64,000 nucleotides of DNA, from the NCBI GenBank assembly GCA_964484935.1, contig CAZAFW010000001.1, positions 135,654 to 199,653 on the forward strand, in the 5' to 3' direction. The stretch comes from an uncultured Peptostreptococcaceae bacterium (lineage in GTDB: Bacteria > Bacillota > Clostridia > Peptostreptococcales > BM714). A program made the translations under genes and the position numbers. Numbering within the stretch: position 1 is the first letter of the stretch; every line of letters starts with the position of its first letter. Positions 17,090 to 26,814 of the stretch are shown here, one piece after another. The notes under the pieces were generated by a model, which saw only the letters and a list, made by a program, of their open reading frames with translations, was not told the DNA's origin and made no database searches.

Positions 17090-19954
17090 TCACTCCGTCC
17101 CTCTTGCATTATCCAAAGCATCCGGGTTTTCTGGAAGCGGCAAATCAAGATCAAGGTATTCCGCGATTACATCCCTTGCCACAGGAGCTGCGTATCCCCC
17201 GTGGGCCCCTTGGAAAAGCAATACGGCCACTGCTATCTGGGGATCCTCATAAGGCGCGAAAGCCACAAACCATGCAAAACTTTTATAATCGTCTTTGTAT
17301 CTGTCAATCTCTTCATTGTCAAGGGCTCCGTTTGTGGCCTCGTCAAGCGCATATCTCCATATGGATCCTTTATCCAGATATCCCGCTCTAACTCTTTCAG
17401 CAATTCTCTCCGTTCTCCCTTCTTTTTCAAGCGCCGTTATCTCCTCATTGCGTTCTATGGTGATTTCGTTTACAAGAGATTCCATTTCGACCAATTCTAT
17501 TGTCCCGCCTTCATATTTTCCTGAAGCAGAAAGTTTTTGAAGATATGAATTGTAGTCTTTAAAATGATCCTTCAAATATTGAACTTCATCAATCGGAGGA
17601 ATTTTGCCCTGTTTTTGCGCAGTCCCGGTCTTAGCCCCAACTTTCACCGGAAAATCAGCGAAAAGAGTTCTTGCTGTTCCTTCATTGCCCTGTGTCACTT
17701 CAAGCATTCCTTCTCTTATATATGAAAGATTGCCAATATCCTTCAAATCTATAGCTTGTCCATTTCCACTGTTTTCCCTGTCAAGCGCCAAGTCGTAAAG
17801 TGTTCCTCCGTTAGCGACGGCAGAGATGTATCTTGCCATTTGAATTGTCGTATAGGTATGGCCGCCTTGCCCTATGGCAAGGTTGAAAGTATCTCCAACA
17901 TCCCATGCTATCTGGTTGAAGTAACTGTATTTTATAAGATCGGCAAGATCTTCGACCTTTGAAATACTTGTATTTTCTACATTTTCTTCCCTCACGCCCA
18001 TATTAGAGAGTCTTCTTATTATTTCGCCCCTTGAAGGGTTCTCATCGGCCCATTCAGCAATTTCATCAACCGCTTCATTCAATTTCTCTTCGTTTTCGTA
18101 AATGGACTGAATGAAATAATCCTCTGCAATGCTTTTGATTTTCAGCTTTAAGTAATATTTTTTGTTTGCCACTTCTTTTTCTGGATCCGGAATACCATAA
18201 GCCGCCTCCTCAATTTCAATGCCCGTATTTTCCCCAAGCCCGAATTTCTTTGCATACTCCAACATAGTCTCGACACCCATTTCGAAATCCATTGCCGCAT
18301 CCCTGTAATAATCATACCCGGTTGAAATGCTGTAGAAATAATAATTGCAAGAAACCTCTATCGCTTTTATAAGGTTTGTGAGCCCATGCTTTGCGCGATA
18401 ATCATTCCATATCCAGCATCCGAAATCACGGTCGGAAAGTTCTATCCTTCCGTTCGAATATATCGACTTATTCGGATCCAGCCCCTGTTCAAGCGCCGCA
18501 AGGCCTGTTATCATCTTGAATGTCGATCCCGGCTGAACCGCTGTCAAGGAGGCTATGTTGTACATGGGCCTTGCCGCCAAAGGGTTTCTTGAATTTACTG
18601 GTTGCAGACTGTTCCAGTCGTTTTGATTGATTCCTGTTGTAAAAAGATTCGGGTCGTATGATGGAAAATTGGCCATAGCCAATATTTCGCCGGTGTTTAC
18701 ATCTACCGCTACGGCAGAGCCAGAATCAGCATTCGGTGACTGTTCATTAAAAGCATAATCCCCCCAGGGACTTTCATAGACTTCTTTGGCTTGTATTCTC
18801 TGCAACACTTTTTCCAGCGCATCCTCCGCCGTCTTTTGCAATTCGGAATCAATAGTCAGAGCAATATTCTCGCCTGGAACCGGTTTTTCTTCACTTATTT
18901 CCGATATTAATTGTCCGTATACGTCAACTTCAACCTTTTTTAAACCGTCTTCGCCTTTCAATTCGGTTTCGTAGCTTTTTTCTATTCCTGTTTTCCCTAT
19001 GAATGCATTTGGCGAATATCCCAATCCGCTTATATATCTCTCAATTTCCGATGTTGTGCTTATTTTCCCGAGATATCCAAGCGCATGGGCCGCCAGTTTT
19101 CCTTCAGGATAGTATCTTATAGGTTCAATTTGAACATCTATCCCCGGAAGATGCATTCCTTTTTCCTCAATCAATATTGCGGTTTCTTCAGAAATATCGT
19201 CAGCAAGCGTGATGGGCTGGTATTTCCTGTATCCCTGGTTCTTTATTGCGTTTCTAACAGCAAGAACGTCGAGCGATTCAGATGTATTGTATTCGCTTCC
19301 AATTTTATAATATTCCCTGATTGCATCATAGGCGTTTTCTGCGCCCGAATCATTGTCTAAACCGTATGATTTCAAGAACTCCTCTTTTTTCATCTGCGCA
19401 AGAAACTTCATGCTCTTGACTGAAATAGGAGGAGTTATCCCTTTGTGGGCAAGCAGTTTCTGCGCCTCATAAACACTTAGTGCTTGGTCAATCTCCTCGC
19501 GCATCCTAAGCATGTCGAAAGCTGTCTGCGCATCTTTCGCCTCATACAATTGGTTGCTTTCAAGCCACTCTTCGATATCAAGGTCGTAAGAAAATTCGAA
19601 TTTCCCATTTTCGCCCAACCCTATTGGAAATACAATATGTTCCTCTCCCTTTTGGTCGAGAATTTTCATAAGATCAACTGCTGTTTTTTCAAGATTTTCT
19701 TTCGGCATTTCACTTATGATAAGCTTTACGGTAAATGAAGGTATATTTCCTGCCAGCAAAACGCCGTTTCTGTCGGTTATTTCTCCGCGCCATGCTGTTA
19801 CGGGCAATTCCTTTATTCTTACATTCTCCGAAATTTCCGCATACTCAGCTCCCTCAACAATTGTAAGGGTTGCCAGTCTGAAAAGCAACAAAACAAAAAT
19901 TGCGGCAGTAATTGCAAAAAGTTGATTATTCCTATTCTTGATGAATTCATTCAT
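17090..19954 (-). CDS. mrdA: class B penicillin-binding protein 2 (elongation transpeptidase), unusually long
   Basis: TM anchor, then STFK, SCN and KTGT motifs in order. Start set at ATG 19954 behind AGGTGG (MNEFIKNRNNQ…), giving about 954 aa. It lies in the mreBCD-mrdA-rodA cluster. Confidence 0.9.
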   Translation of the reverse strand: MNEFIKNRNNQLFAITAAIFVLLLFRLATLTIVEGAEYAEISENVRIKELPVTAWRGEITDRNGVLLAGNIPSFTVKLIISEMPKENLEKTAVDLMKILDQKGEEHIVFPIGLGENGKFEFSYDLDIEEWLESNQLYEAKDAQTAFDMLRMREEIDQALSVYEAQKLLAHKGITPPISVKSMKFLAQMKKEEFLKSYGLDNDSGAENAYDAIREYYKIGSEYNTSESLDVLAVRNAIKNQGYRKYQPITLADDISEETAILIEEKGMHLPGIDVQIEPIRYYPEGKLAAHALGYLGKISTTSEIERYISGLGYSPNAFIGKTGIEKSYETELKGEDGLKKVEVDVYGQLISEISEEKPVPGENIALTIDSELQKTAEDALEKVLQRIQAKEVYESPWGDYAFNEQSPNADSGSAVAVDVNTGEILAMANFPSYDPNLFTTGINQNDWNSLQPVNSRNPLAARPMYNIASLTAVQPGSTFKMITGLAALEQGLDPNKSIYSNGRIELSDRDFGCWIWNDYRAKHGLTNLIKAIEVSCNYYFYSISTGYDYYRDAAMDFEMGVETMLEYAKKFGLGENTGIEIEEAAYGIPDPEKEVANKKYYLKLKIKSIAEDYFIQSIYENEEKLNEAVDEIAEWADENPSRGEIIRRLSNMGVREENVENTSISKVEDLADLIKYSYFNQIAWDVGDTFNLAIGQGGHTYTTIQMARYISAVANGGTLYDLALDRENSGNGQAIDLKDIGNLSYIREGMLEVTQGNEGTARTLFADFPVKVGAKTGTAQKQGKIPPIDEVQYLKDHFKDYNSYLQKLSASGKYEGGTIELVEMESLVNEITIERNEEITALEKEGRTERIAERVRAGYLDKGSIWRYALDEATNGALDNEEIDRYKDDYKSFAWFVAFAPYEDPQIAVAVLLFQGAHGGYAAPVARDVIAEYLDLDLPLPENPDALDNARGTE

Positions 19955-20459
19955 TTGACCACCTGCCAGCGCTTTCAAAGCCAATCTTGCCAAGAATTCT
20001 GCCAAAAATTTTATACAAAGCCCAACAGAGGATTGCGTTAATCAGCAATTCTGGCAATACCATACGCAAAAATATTGCCGATAGATCAAATTGCATTCCT
20101 GCAAAATAATATATGACAATCATCATGAAATATTGGCAGATTGTCGCAAAAGCAATCATCACTATTGGAGTTGCGGAACTCTCCTCGAAAAAATTTCCGC
20201 TTAATGCTGAAACGGAAAAAGCCACAGTCAAATAAATGAGTGTGTATATTCCAAAAGCCGGGCTGAAGAAAATATCCTGCAATAGCCCTCCCGCCACAGC
20301 CGCACAAATCCCCATTGGCATTTTAAGCCTGACTGAAAAGACGACAAGTAAGACAATGGCAAGGTTGGGAAGAACCCCAAAAATCCTGATATGCTGGAGC
20401 AGAGTTGTTTGAAGTATGAATCCCGCAAACATTGTCAACGAAGTAATTGCGTATTTCAT
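19947..20459 (-). CDS. mreD: rod shape-determining protein MreD
   Basis: 170-aa polytopic membrane protein immediately after mreC, with a start/stop overlap. Confidence 0.8.
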   Translation of the reverse strand: MKYAITSLTMFAGFILQTTLLQHIRIFGVLPNLAIVLLVVFSVRLKMPMGICAAVAGGLLQDIFFSPAFGIYTLIYLTVAFSVSALSGNFFEESSATPIVMIAFATICQYFMMIVIYYFAGMQFDLSAIFLRMVLPELLINAILCWALYKIFGRILGKIGFESAGRWSNE

Positions 20460-21292
20460 CGCCCTTCCACCTCTTCTGGAGGCAAAAGAACCATTACCCG
20501 GTTTATTGTTTTGAAGTCGACCACTTGTTCAACTTTTATTCTTTTGAGCAACTCGTTTTTTTCAATTATGACATCGCTTACTGTGCCTATAAGCAATCCT
20601 TCGGGATAAATTCCAAGACCTGAAGTTATGATTTCCTGCCCGGCGTATACTTCCGCTTTAGGATCGAAAAGATATCCTGACAAACCTCTTTCGGTTCCGC
20701 CTTCCACTATTCCAATTGAAAAATTCTTTTCGTCCAGAAGCTTGAAACTGACTGAACTTCTATTGTCGATTATGGAAACTACCTTTGCCCAATCCTTTCC
20801 GGCCTCATAGACTATCCCTATCAAACCGTCGCCGTTTATCACCGCCTGCTCCTGATAAACACCGTCGCTTGTCCCTTTGTTGATTATGAACATGTTGAAC
20901 CACGTTCCTGGATCTTTCGACACAACATCGCATGTCAAATAATCATACCCCTTCATTTCAGCATAATTGAGTGCCTTTTCCATTTCAGAAAGATCTTTCA
21001 TTTCTTTTTGGGAAAGCGTTGCCGCAATCAATTTTCGCCTCAGCTCTTGGTTTTCAATCTCTAGTTCCTTGTTTATTTTATCCAGACGCCAAACATTTGC
21101 AACCGGATTGAATATATTGCCAAAGAAATCAGCACCTACTGTAAATCCTCTTTGTAACAAGGCGATATTTTTGCCGGCGAAATTTTCAATCGGACTTATT
21201 TCCCCACCACCTCCAAATGTGGCAACTATTAGGAATAGGAGCAAAAGAATCGCAATACCCGCCATTATTTTCTTTTTTTTGAATTCATTCAC
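20456..21292 (-). CDS. mreC: rod shape-determining protein MreC
   Basis: N-terminal TM segment, a coiled-coil (ELEIENQELRRKL), then the beta-rich MreC domain (…VINGDGLIGIVYEAG…ITSGLGIYPEGLLIGTV). Confidence 0.9.
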   Translation of the reverse strand: MNEFKKKKIMAGIAILLLLFLIVATFGGGGEISPIENFAGKNIALLQRGFTVGADFFGNIFNPVANVWRLDKINKELEIENQELRRKLIAATLSQKEMKDLSEMEKALNYAEMKGYDYLTCDVVSKDPGTWFNMFIINKGTSDGVYQEQAVINGDGLIGIVYEAGKDWAKVVSIIDNRSSVSFKLLDEKNFSIGIVEGGTERGLSGYLFDPKAEVYAGQEIITSGLGIYPEGLLIGTVSDVIIEKNELLKRIKVEQVVDFKTINRVMVLLPPEEVEGR

Positions 21293-21310
21293 TCTTTATC
21301 ACCACTCATG

Positions 21311-22345
21311 TCAATAATTACTCTTTGTTGAAACAAAGACACGCTTATGTTCATCCAAAGTCTCTATTGCTTTTCCTGTCCCCATTACGACGCAATCCAA
21401 CGGATTTTCCGCAATTTTTACAGGCATTTCCGTTTCCTTTCTTATAAGCTCATCCAATCCTGACAAAAGCGCTCCGCCTCCAGTCAGCATTATTCCTGTC
21501 TCCATTATGTCTGAAGCCAGTTCCGGTGGACTCTTCTCTAATGTGTTCTTTATGTTTTCAACGATTACTTTTACAGGTTCTCCAAGAGCATCTTTTATTT
21601 CCAATTCATTTATGCTAATGGTTTTAGGCAATCCAGTAACAAGATCCCGCCCGCTTATTTCCATTTCTTTTATATCGTTTCCGACATATGCTGAACCAAC
21701 TGTCATTTTTATTTTTTCCGCTGTGCGCTCTCCAATCATCAAACTGTATTTTTTTTTCATAAAATTTATTATTGCCTCATCCATCTCATCTCCGCCGACT
21801 CTCACCGACCTGTTGCTTACAATACCACCCATGGATATTATTGCCATTTCAGTCGTTCCGCCGCCTATGTCGACAACCATGCTTCCTACCGGTTCCCCCA
21901 CGGGAAGGCCTGAACCTATCGCCGCAGCCATCGGTTCTTCAATGAGATACGCTTTTTTTGCTCCTGCAGACATCGCCGCATCAATCACAGCTCTTTTTTC
22001 CACTTCAGTCACGCCGCAGGGCACCCCGAGCAATATCCTTGGAGCAAATATGAATGTATTTGTTGAAAACGCCTTTTTTATAAAATATCTGAGCATTATT
22101 TCAGTAGTGTCGAAATCTGCTATCACGCCATCCCTTAGTGGTCTTATTGCTTTTATGTTTCCCGGTGTTCGGCCTATCATAAGTTTTGCTTCGCTTCCCA
22201 CAGCAAGTATTTCATTTGTGACAGTATCGATTGCAACAACCGAGGGTTCTCTTATGACTATTCCTGAGCCTTTTACATAGACCAAGGTGTTTGCAGTTCC
22301 AAGGTCTATTCCCATATCCTTGGCAAAAAAATTTTTGAAACACAT
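21311..22345 (-). CDS. mreB: rod shape-determining protein MreB (actin-like ATPase)
   Basis: [14 protein letters not shown]…, [10 protein letters not shown]…, LTGGGALL are actin-fold phosphate/adenosine motifs. Start set at ATG 22345 behind GGAAGGGGA. Confidence 0.95.
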   Translation of the reverse strand: MCFKNFFAKDMGIDLGTANTLVYVKGSGIVIREPSVVAIDTVTNEILAVGSEAKLMIGRTPGNIKAIRPLRDGVIADFDTTEIMLRYFIKKAFSTNTFIFAPRILLGVPCGVTEVEKRAVIDAAMSAGAKKAYLIEEPMAAAIGSGLPVGEPVGSMVVDIGGGTTEMAIISMGGIVSNRSVRVGGDEMDEAIINFMKKKYSLMIGERTAEKIKMTVGSAYVGNDIKEMEISGRDLVTGLPKTISINELEIKDALGEPVKVIVENIKNTLEKSPPELASDIMETGIMLTGGGALLSGLDELIRKETEMPVKIAENPLDCVVMGTGKAIETLDEHKRVFVSTKSNY

Positions 22346-22366
22346 TATTCTATCCCCTTCCAATAC

Positions 22367-23056
22367 CTAAAATAAGCCATTTTCCTTGAGGCTGTAATAA
22401 TCGCCGTCCCCTATCACTATATGGTCGAGAACCTTTATGCCTATAAGGTCTCCCGCCTCGGAGAGTCTCTTTGTTATCTGTATGTCCTCCTGGCTTGGCG
22501 ACGAATTTCCGCTTGGATGATTATGCATTAGTATTACCGCATTACTGCTGTAAACAATTGCCGGCTTGAAAACTTCTCTCGGATGAACTATGGAAGCATT
22601 TAGGCTTCCTACGGAAATATTTTCATCACGCAGTATCTCGTTTTTTGTGTTGAGATACAGAACCTTGAAAATCTCCCTGTCAAGAAATCTAAGCTCGCTC
22701 ATATAGCGGTTTGCCACATCCTTCGGAGAGTGCACATCCACTTTTTTTATGCCTGTAAGCTTGTCCATTCTCTTCCCAAGTTCAAGAGCCGCCAGAAGCT
22801 GGCATGCCTTGGCTTCACCTATTCCGTCAATTTTAACCAGTTCGTCCACCCTGCATCTTCCGAGATAAGCTAATCCACTGCGATCTTCACATAATACTCT
22901 TCTTGAAAGTTCAATTGCAGACAATCCCTTTTTGCCGGTTCTGAGCAAAATAGCCAAAAGTTCCGGGTTGGAAAGACTTCCAGCCCCATTTGTCACGAGC
23001 TTTTCCCTTGGCCTTTCATCCTCTGGCAATTCCTTCATTCCATATGGACTTTTCAT
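22367..23056 (-). CDS. radC: RadC family protein (JAB/MPN domain, UPF0758)
   Basis: HhH region (…IDGIGEAKACQLLAALELGKR…) plus the JAB motif HNHPSGNSSPSQED. Confidence 0.9.
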   Translation of the reverse strand: MKSPYGMKELPEDERPREKLVTNGAGSLSNPELLAILLRTGKKGLSAIELSRRVLCEDRSGLAYLGRCRVDELVKIDGIGEAKACQLLAALELGKRMDKLTGIKKVDVHSPKDVANRYMSELRFLDREIFKVLYLNTKNEILRDENISVGSLNASIVHPREVFKPAIVYSSNAVILMHNHPSGNSSPSQEDIQITKRLSEAGDLIGIKVLDHIVIGDGDYYSLKENGLF

Positions 23057-23057
23057 G

Positions 23058-23618
23058 TCATCCCCCTATTTTTTTAAGCTTCTCGGATAGCCTCCCGACA
23101 GGAAGCCCGACTACATTGAAATAGTCTCCATTTACAGATTCCACAAGGGAAGCTCCAAAACCTTGAATTGCGTATCCGCCAGCTTTCCCCATCGGTTCGC
23201 CCGTACTGATATAACGCTCTATCTCAAGTCTGCTTAATTGTTTTATTTTTACAGAAGAATACTCGAAGTAAACCTCTTTTATGTCTTCACTTATTATTGC
23301 CACACCGGTATATACCCTGTGCGTCTTTCCACTTATTCTTTCAAGCATTTCCACTGCATCCGACTTGTTAGAAGGCTTTCCCAAAACCTTCTCGAAAAAA
23401 ACGACTGTGTCGGCTCCTATAACAAGGCTTTCCGGGTTTTTGACAAATACATCCCATGCTTTTTCAAAAGCCAAAGCCATTACGGTTGTTGCCGGATCGT
23501 CTTCTATGGTTATTTCCGATATGCCGCTCGGCATTGAAACGAACTCAATGCCAAGCGATTTCAAAATATCGATTCTTCTTTCCGACGCTGACGCCAGAAT
23601 TATTTGCTTTTTTCCCAC
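23058..23618 (-). CDS. maf: Maf-like nucleoside triphosphate pyrophosphatase
   Basis: …IILASASERRIDILKSLGI…, …GADTVV…, …KAGGYAIQG… Start set at GTG 23618 behind AGGGGTGG. The tracked ATG at 23669 overlaps the upstream gene and has no SD. Confidence 0.88.
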   Translation of the reverse strand: MGKKQIILASASERRIDILKSLGIEFVSMPSGISEITIEDDPATTVMALAFEKAWDVFVKNPESLVIGADTVVFFEKVLGKPSNKSDAVEMLERISGKTHRVYTGVAIISEDIKEVYFEYSSVKIKQLSRLEIERYISTGEPMGKAGGYAIQGFGASLVESVNGDYFNVVGLPVGRLSEKLKKIGG

Positions 23619-23628
23619 TAGACCACCC

Positions 23629-23886
23629 CTAACGGCGGGCAGCCGCCAAAAGCCCGGCCAACCCTCCAATGAGACCCATTACGTTTACATTGAAAAGCAA
23701 CCCTATATGAAAATCCAGAACATACAATTTTAAAGAAAAGTTGTCCACTCCCAATGGAATGACTTTGGAAAATAAAGGAACAATGCCTGATAGCGCGTTT
23801 CCCGCCAGATTACCAAGAATCATCCCTATGACAACAGCAAGCGAAATTACTAAAACCGACCTGTTTCCTCTTTTCAAACTCTCCAC
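23629..23886 (-). CDS. small membrane protein, DUF4321-like
   Basis: About 85 aa with two hydrophobic segments (…SVLVISLAVVIGMILGNLAGN… and …MGLIGGLAGLLAAA). It sits directly upstream of maf, as DUF4321 genes do in Clostridia (from memory). Start (GTG 23886 versus ATG 23958) is uncertain. Confidence 0.55.
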   Translation of the reverse strand: MESLKRGNRSVLVISLAVVIGMILGNLAGNALSGIVPLFSKVIPLGVDNFSLKLYVLDFHIGLLFNVNVMGLIGGLAGLLAAARR

Positions 23887-23980
23887 TCCCAATCCTTTAT
23901 AAATGTTGAAATTCCAATATTTCAAACTACAATAAGTGTAACATTTCGCATTTGCCATATCAAGCGATTTTTAGTGCAAT

Positions 23981-24017
23981 AAAAAAAAGCGGAAGCGCTT
24001 TTTCAGGCACTTTCCGC
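23981..24017 (-). terminator. rho-independent terminator after rnfB
   Basis: Minus strand: GCGGAAAG…CTTCCGC followed by TTTTTTTT, just after the rnfB stop. Confidence 0.75.
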
Positions 24018-24025
24018 TTTTTGTT

Positions 24026-25018
24026 TTACTTGAGTTTTATGGCATCCTTGGGGCATTTTTCAACACATGCTCCGCATCCGATGCATTTTTGGGCATCCAC
24101 CTTGTGGGGTTTCTTCACTTCTCCCTCGATGGCGTCAACCGGACAAACTTTTGTGCAAAGCGTACATCCAATGCATGCTTGCTCGTCAATCTCGGCCTTT
24201 TTCCTGTTCTCCAAGTTCCCCGCGATGGCTCCTGTCGGACACTTTTCAACGCAAATCATGCACTCCGTGCATTTCTCATAATCAATAACCGCCAAATTGT
24301 CGACTACATGTATGGCGTCGAAGGGGCAATTTTTTTCGCAAATCTTGCAAGCTATGCAACCCACATCGCAAGACGCTTTCACTGCCTTGCCTTTATCCTT
24401 GCTGTTGCATTCTACTATCACTTCATGTCCGTAAGGAACAAGCGCAATTACATTTTTAGGACATGCCTCAATGCAATTTCCACAGGCCGTGCATTTGTCG
24501 TCAATTACTTCGGCAATGCCTTTGTCATTTATAAAAATTGCGTCGAAAGGACATACATCAACGCAAGTGCCCAATCCGAGACATCCGAACGAGCAACTCT
24601 TGCTTCCGCCATTTACTATGTTTGCGGCTTTACAATCCTGTATACCTATATACTCATATTTTTCTCTTGCATTTTCGCATGTTCCGTTGCAAATGACATG
24701 AGCAATCATCTTTGTGCTGTCTTCAACAACCAGTCCCATGATTTCAGCAACTTTTTCAGCTGTTTCAGCTCCACCTACAGGGCATCCGTTGACTTTGGCT
24801 TCGCCTTTTGCCACGGCATTTGCAAATCCGTCGCATCCCGGGTATCCGCAACCTCCGCAGTTGGCGCCGGGAAGAACTTCTCTTACAGCGACTGCCTTTG
24901 GATCTATTTCAACTGCAAACTTCTGTGAGGCATAAGCCAAGCCGGCTCCAAAAATCAATCCCATTCCACCAAGGCTCAAGGTAGAATAAATCAAGCCGTT
25001 AATATTCATATTCATCAC
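24026..25018 (-). CDS. rnfB: Rnf complex subunit B (long polyferredoxin form)
   Basis: N-terminal TM segment, a C-x2-C-x4-C-x16-C motif (CGGCGYPGC…C), then about six CxxCxxCxxxCP ferredoxin motifs. Last gene of rnfCDGEAB. Confidence 0.93.
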   Translation of the reverse strand: MMNMNINGLIYSTLSLGGMGLIFGAGLAYASQKFAVEIDPKAVAVREVLPGANCGGCGYPGCDGFANAVAKGEAKVNGCPVGGAETAEKVAEIMGLVVEDSTKMIAHVICNGTCENAREKYEYIGIQDCKAANIVNGGSKSCSFGCLGLGTCVDVCPFDAIFINDKGIAEVIDDKCTACGNCIEACPKNVIALVPYGHEVIVECNSKDKGKAVKASCDVGCIACKICEKNCPFDAIHVVDNLAVIDYEKCTECMICVEKCPTGAIAGNLENRKKAEIDEQACIGCTLCTKVCPVDAIEGEVKKPHKVDAQKCIGCGACVEKCPKDAIKLK

Positions 25019-25027
25019 CCTTTCCTT

Positions 25028-25609
25028 TTAGACTAGTCCTGCAAAGCCCAGAAATGCCATGGACATAAGGCCTGCAGTAATCAGAGCGATCGGGAAACCT
25101 TTAAACGGTGCGGGTACATCCGAAATTGCAAGTCTTTCCCGAATTCCGGCAAATAAAATGATTGCCAAGGAAAAACCCACCGCCGCGCCAAAGGAATGAA
25201 AAATCGTCTGGACGAAATTCAGTTTATATTGTATGTTGAGTAGCGCCAAACCTAGAACGGCACAGTTTGTAGTTATAAGCGGAAGATACACTCCCAATGC
25301 CTGATACAATACCGGGCTAAGCTTCTGAAGGACTATTTCAACAAATTGCACAAGGGCCGCAATTACAAGTATGAATGCGACAGTCTGCAAATACTCTATA
25401 TGGAAAAAAACCAAAATATACTTTTGTACCAGGTATGTAATCATACCAGCCAATGTTATAACAAACGTAACGGCCATGCCCATCCCTGTAGCAGTTTCAA
25501 CCTGTTTTGAAACTCCGAGAAAAGGACAGATTCCCAAAAATCTCGACAGGACGAAGTTGTTTACGAGAATCGAACTGACCAGGATAACGAAGATACTAGC
25601 GTTTTCCAC
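25028..25609 (-). CDS. rnfA: Rnf complex subunit A
   Basis: 193-aa polytopic membrane protein of the RnfA/NqrE family (…[18 protein letters not shown]…). Confidence 0.92.
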   Translation of the reverse strand: MENASIFVILVSSILVNNFVLSRFLGICPFLGVSKQVETATGMGMAVTFVITLAGMITYLVQKYILVFFHIEYLQTVAFILVIAALVQFVEIVLQKLSPVLYQALGVYLPLITTNCAVLGLALLNIQYKLNFVQTIFHSFGAAVGFSLAIILFAGIRERLAISDVPAPFKGFPIALITAGLMSMAFLGFAGLV

Positions 25610-25621
25610 TTCAATCCCCCC

Positions 25622-26218
25622 TTATGACAAACTTTTTTTTGATTTGACAACATTATAAAGAGCCAACAATATACCAAGTGCGATGAAGGCTCCTGGAGGA
25701 AGTATCATTATGAGAGCCGGCTTGTATGCGAACGGCAGCTGCCATCCGAACAAGCTTCCTGCTCCAATCAATTCTCTCACAGCTCCCAATACCGTCAATG
25801 CCAAGGTAAATCCGATTCCCATTCCCAAACCATCGAAAATGGAATCAATCACTGTATTCTTAGATGCAAAAGCCTCGGCTCTTGCAAGTATTATGCAGTT
25901 TACCACAATAAGCGGTATGAAAAGGCCCAAAGCCTTGAACAGCGTTGGCAGATACCCTTCCATCAACATTCCAACAATCGTAACGAAACTGGCAATTACG
26001 ACTATGAATGCCGGTATTCTGATTTTGCTGGGTATTATTTTCCTCATCATTGAAATAACTGCATTCGACGCAACCAGTACAGCAGTGGACGCCAACCCCA
26101 TTCCTACTCCGTTTATTGCCGATGTTGTAACCGCCAGAGTTGGACACATGCCTAACAATTGAACGAATATGGGGTTTTCATCCAATAATCCATTCTTGAA
26201 AATTTTCATTAGATTCAA
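25622..26218 (-). CDS. rnfE: Rnf complex subunit E
   Basis: 198 aa, RnfE/NqrD family (…NPIFVQLLGMCPTLAVT…). Confidence 0.92.
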   Translation of the reverse strand: MNLMKIFKNGLLDENPIFVQLLGMCPTLAVTTSAINGVGMGLASTAVLVASNAVISMMRKIIPSKIRIPAFIVVIASFVTIVGMLMEGYLPTLFKALGLFIPLIVVNCIILARAEAFASKNTVIDSIFDGLGMGIGFTLALTVLGAVRELIGAGSLFGWQLPFAYKPALIMILPPGAFIALGILLALYNVVKSKKSLS

Positions 26219-26238
26219 TATAATTCACCTCCGGATAA

Positions 26239-26814
26239 TTACAGGCCAGAAACGATCTTGTAGGCTTCAACAGCCATGTTGACGCCTTCCGTGACCGCTT
26301 TGGACGTTATGGTAGCTCCGGAAATTGCCTGTATTTCATTTCCGGCGGCTCCCGCTTTGACAACTGTCAATTCAGATTCGGTGCTCTTTCCCGCATATTG
26401 TCCGTAAAAGTCCGGCAAAGTCGCATTCGCTCCAAGACCGGGTGTTTCCTGATGGCTTCCTACTCTCATTCCAGTGATTTTGCCATCCAACGAAACCCCT
26501 GTAATAACCTCAACGCTTCCGCCGAATCCACCCGGCAACGACTTAATGGTGTAGCCGACTACACCATCTCCTGTAAGTCCTTCATAAATCTCGACAACCA
26601 GTTCATTTTCATCTTTAACCTTGTCTAGCATATCGGCTTCAATTATTTCAAAAGACTCAGCTTCAGGCAAAACTTCCTGCCTGGACAACTGGCTTGTCAA
26701 TTCTCTTTGCCCAACAATCTTATCGATGGTGAAATCATAAACAAGAGATAGCAATCCCGCCGCAACAGCACATATTAAAAGTAGAATCAATCCTAATTTG
26801 CTGATTTCTTTCAT
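26239..26814 (-). CDS. rnfG: Rnf complex subunit G (FMN-binding)
   Basis: N-terminal TM segment plus an FMN_bind domain with the flavinylation motif SGATITS. Confidence 0.9.
   Translation of the reverse strand: MKEISKLGLILLLICAVAAGLLSLVYDFTIDKIVGQRELTSQLSRQEVLPEAESFEIIEADMLDKVKDENELVVEIYEGLTGDGVVGYTIKSLPGGFGGSVEVITGVSLDGKITGMRVGSHQETPGLGANATLPDFYGQYAGKSTESELTVVKAGAAGNEIQAISGATITSKAVTEGVNMAVEAYKIVSGL

Noticed and set aside
16396-17391. 331-aa plus-strand ORF, the longest unexplained ORF in the track
   Set aside because: It is entirely antisense to rodA and the 3' end of mrdA, both with clear family motifs. It has no SD, and its translation is low-complexity (runs of K/N/Q/Y/C) with no recognisable motif. 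It is a shadow ORF.
21507-22280. 257-aa plus-strand ORF
   Set aside because: It is antisense to mreB. The S/P/I/F-rich translation is typical of the reverse frame of a conserved ATPase gene. It has no SD.
24089-24928. 279-aa plus-strand ORF, plus several 70-110-aa ORFs in the same region
   Set aside because: They are antisense to rnfB. The Cys codon-rich sense strand gives an A/C/H-rich antisense frame with no start context.
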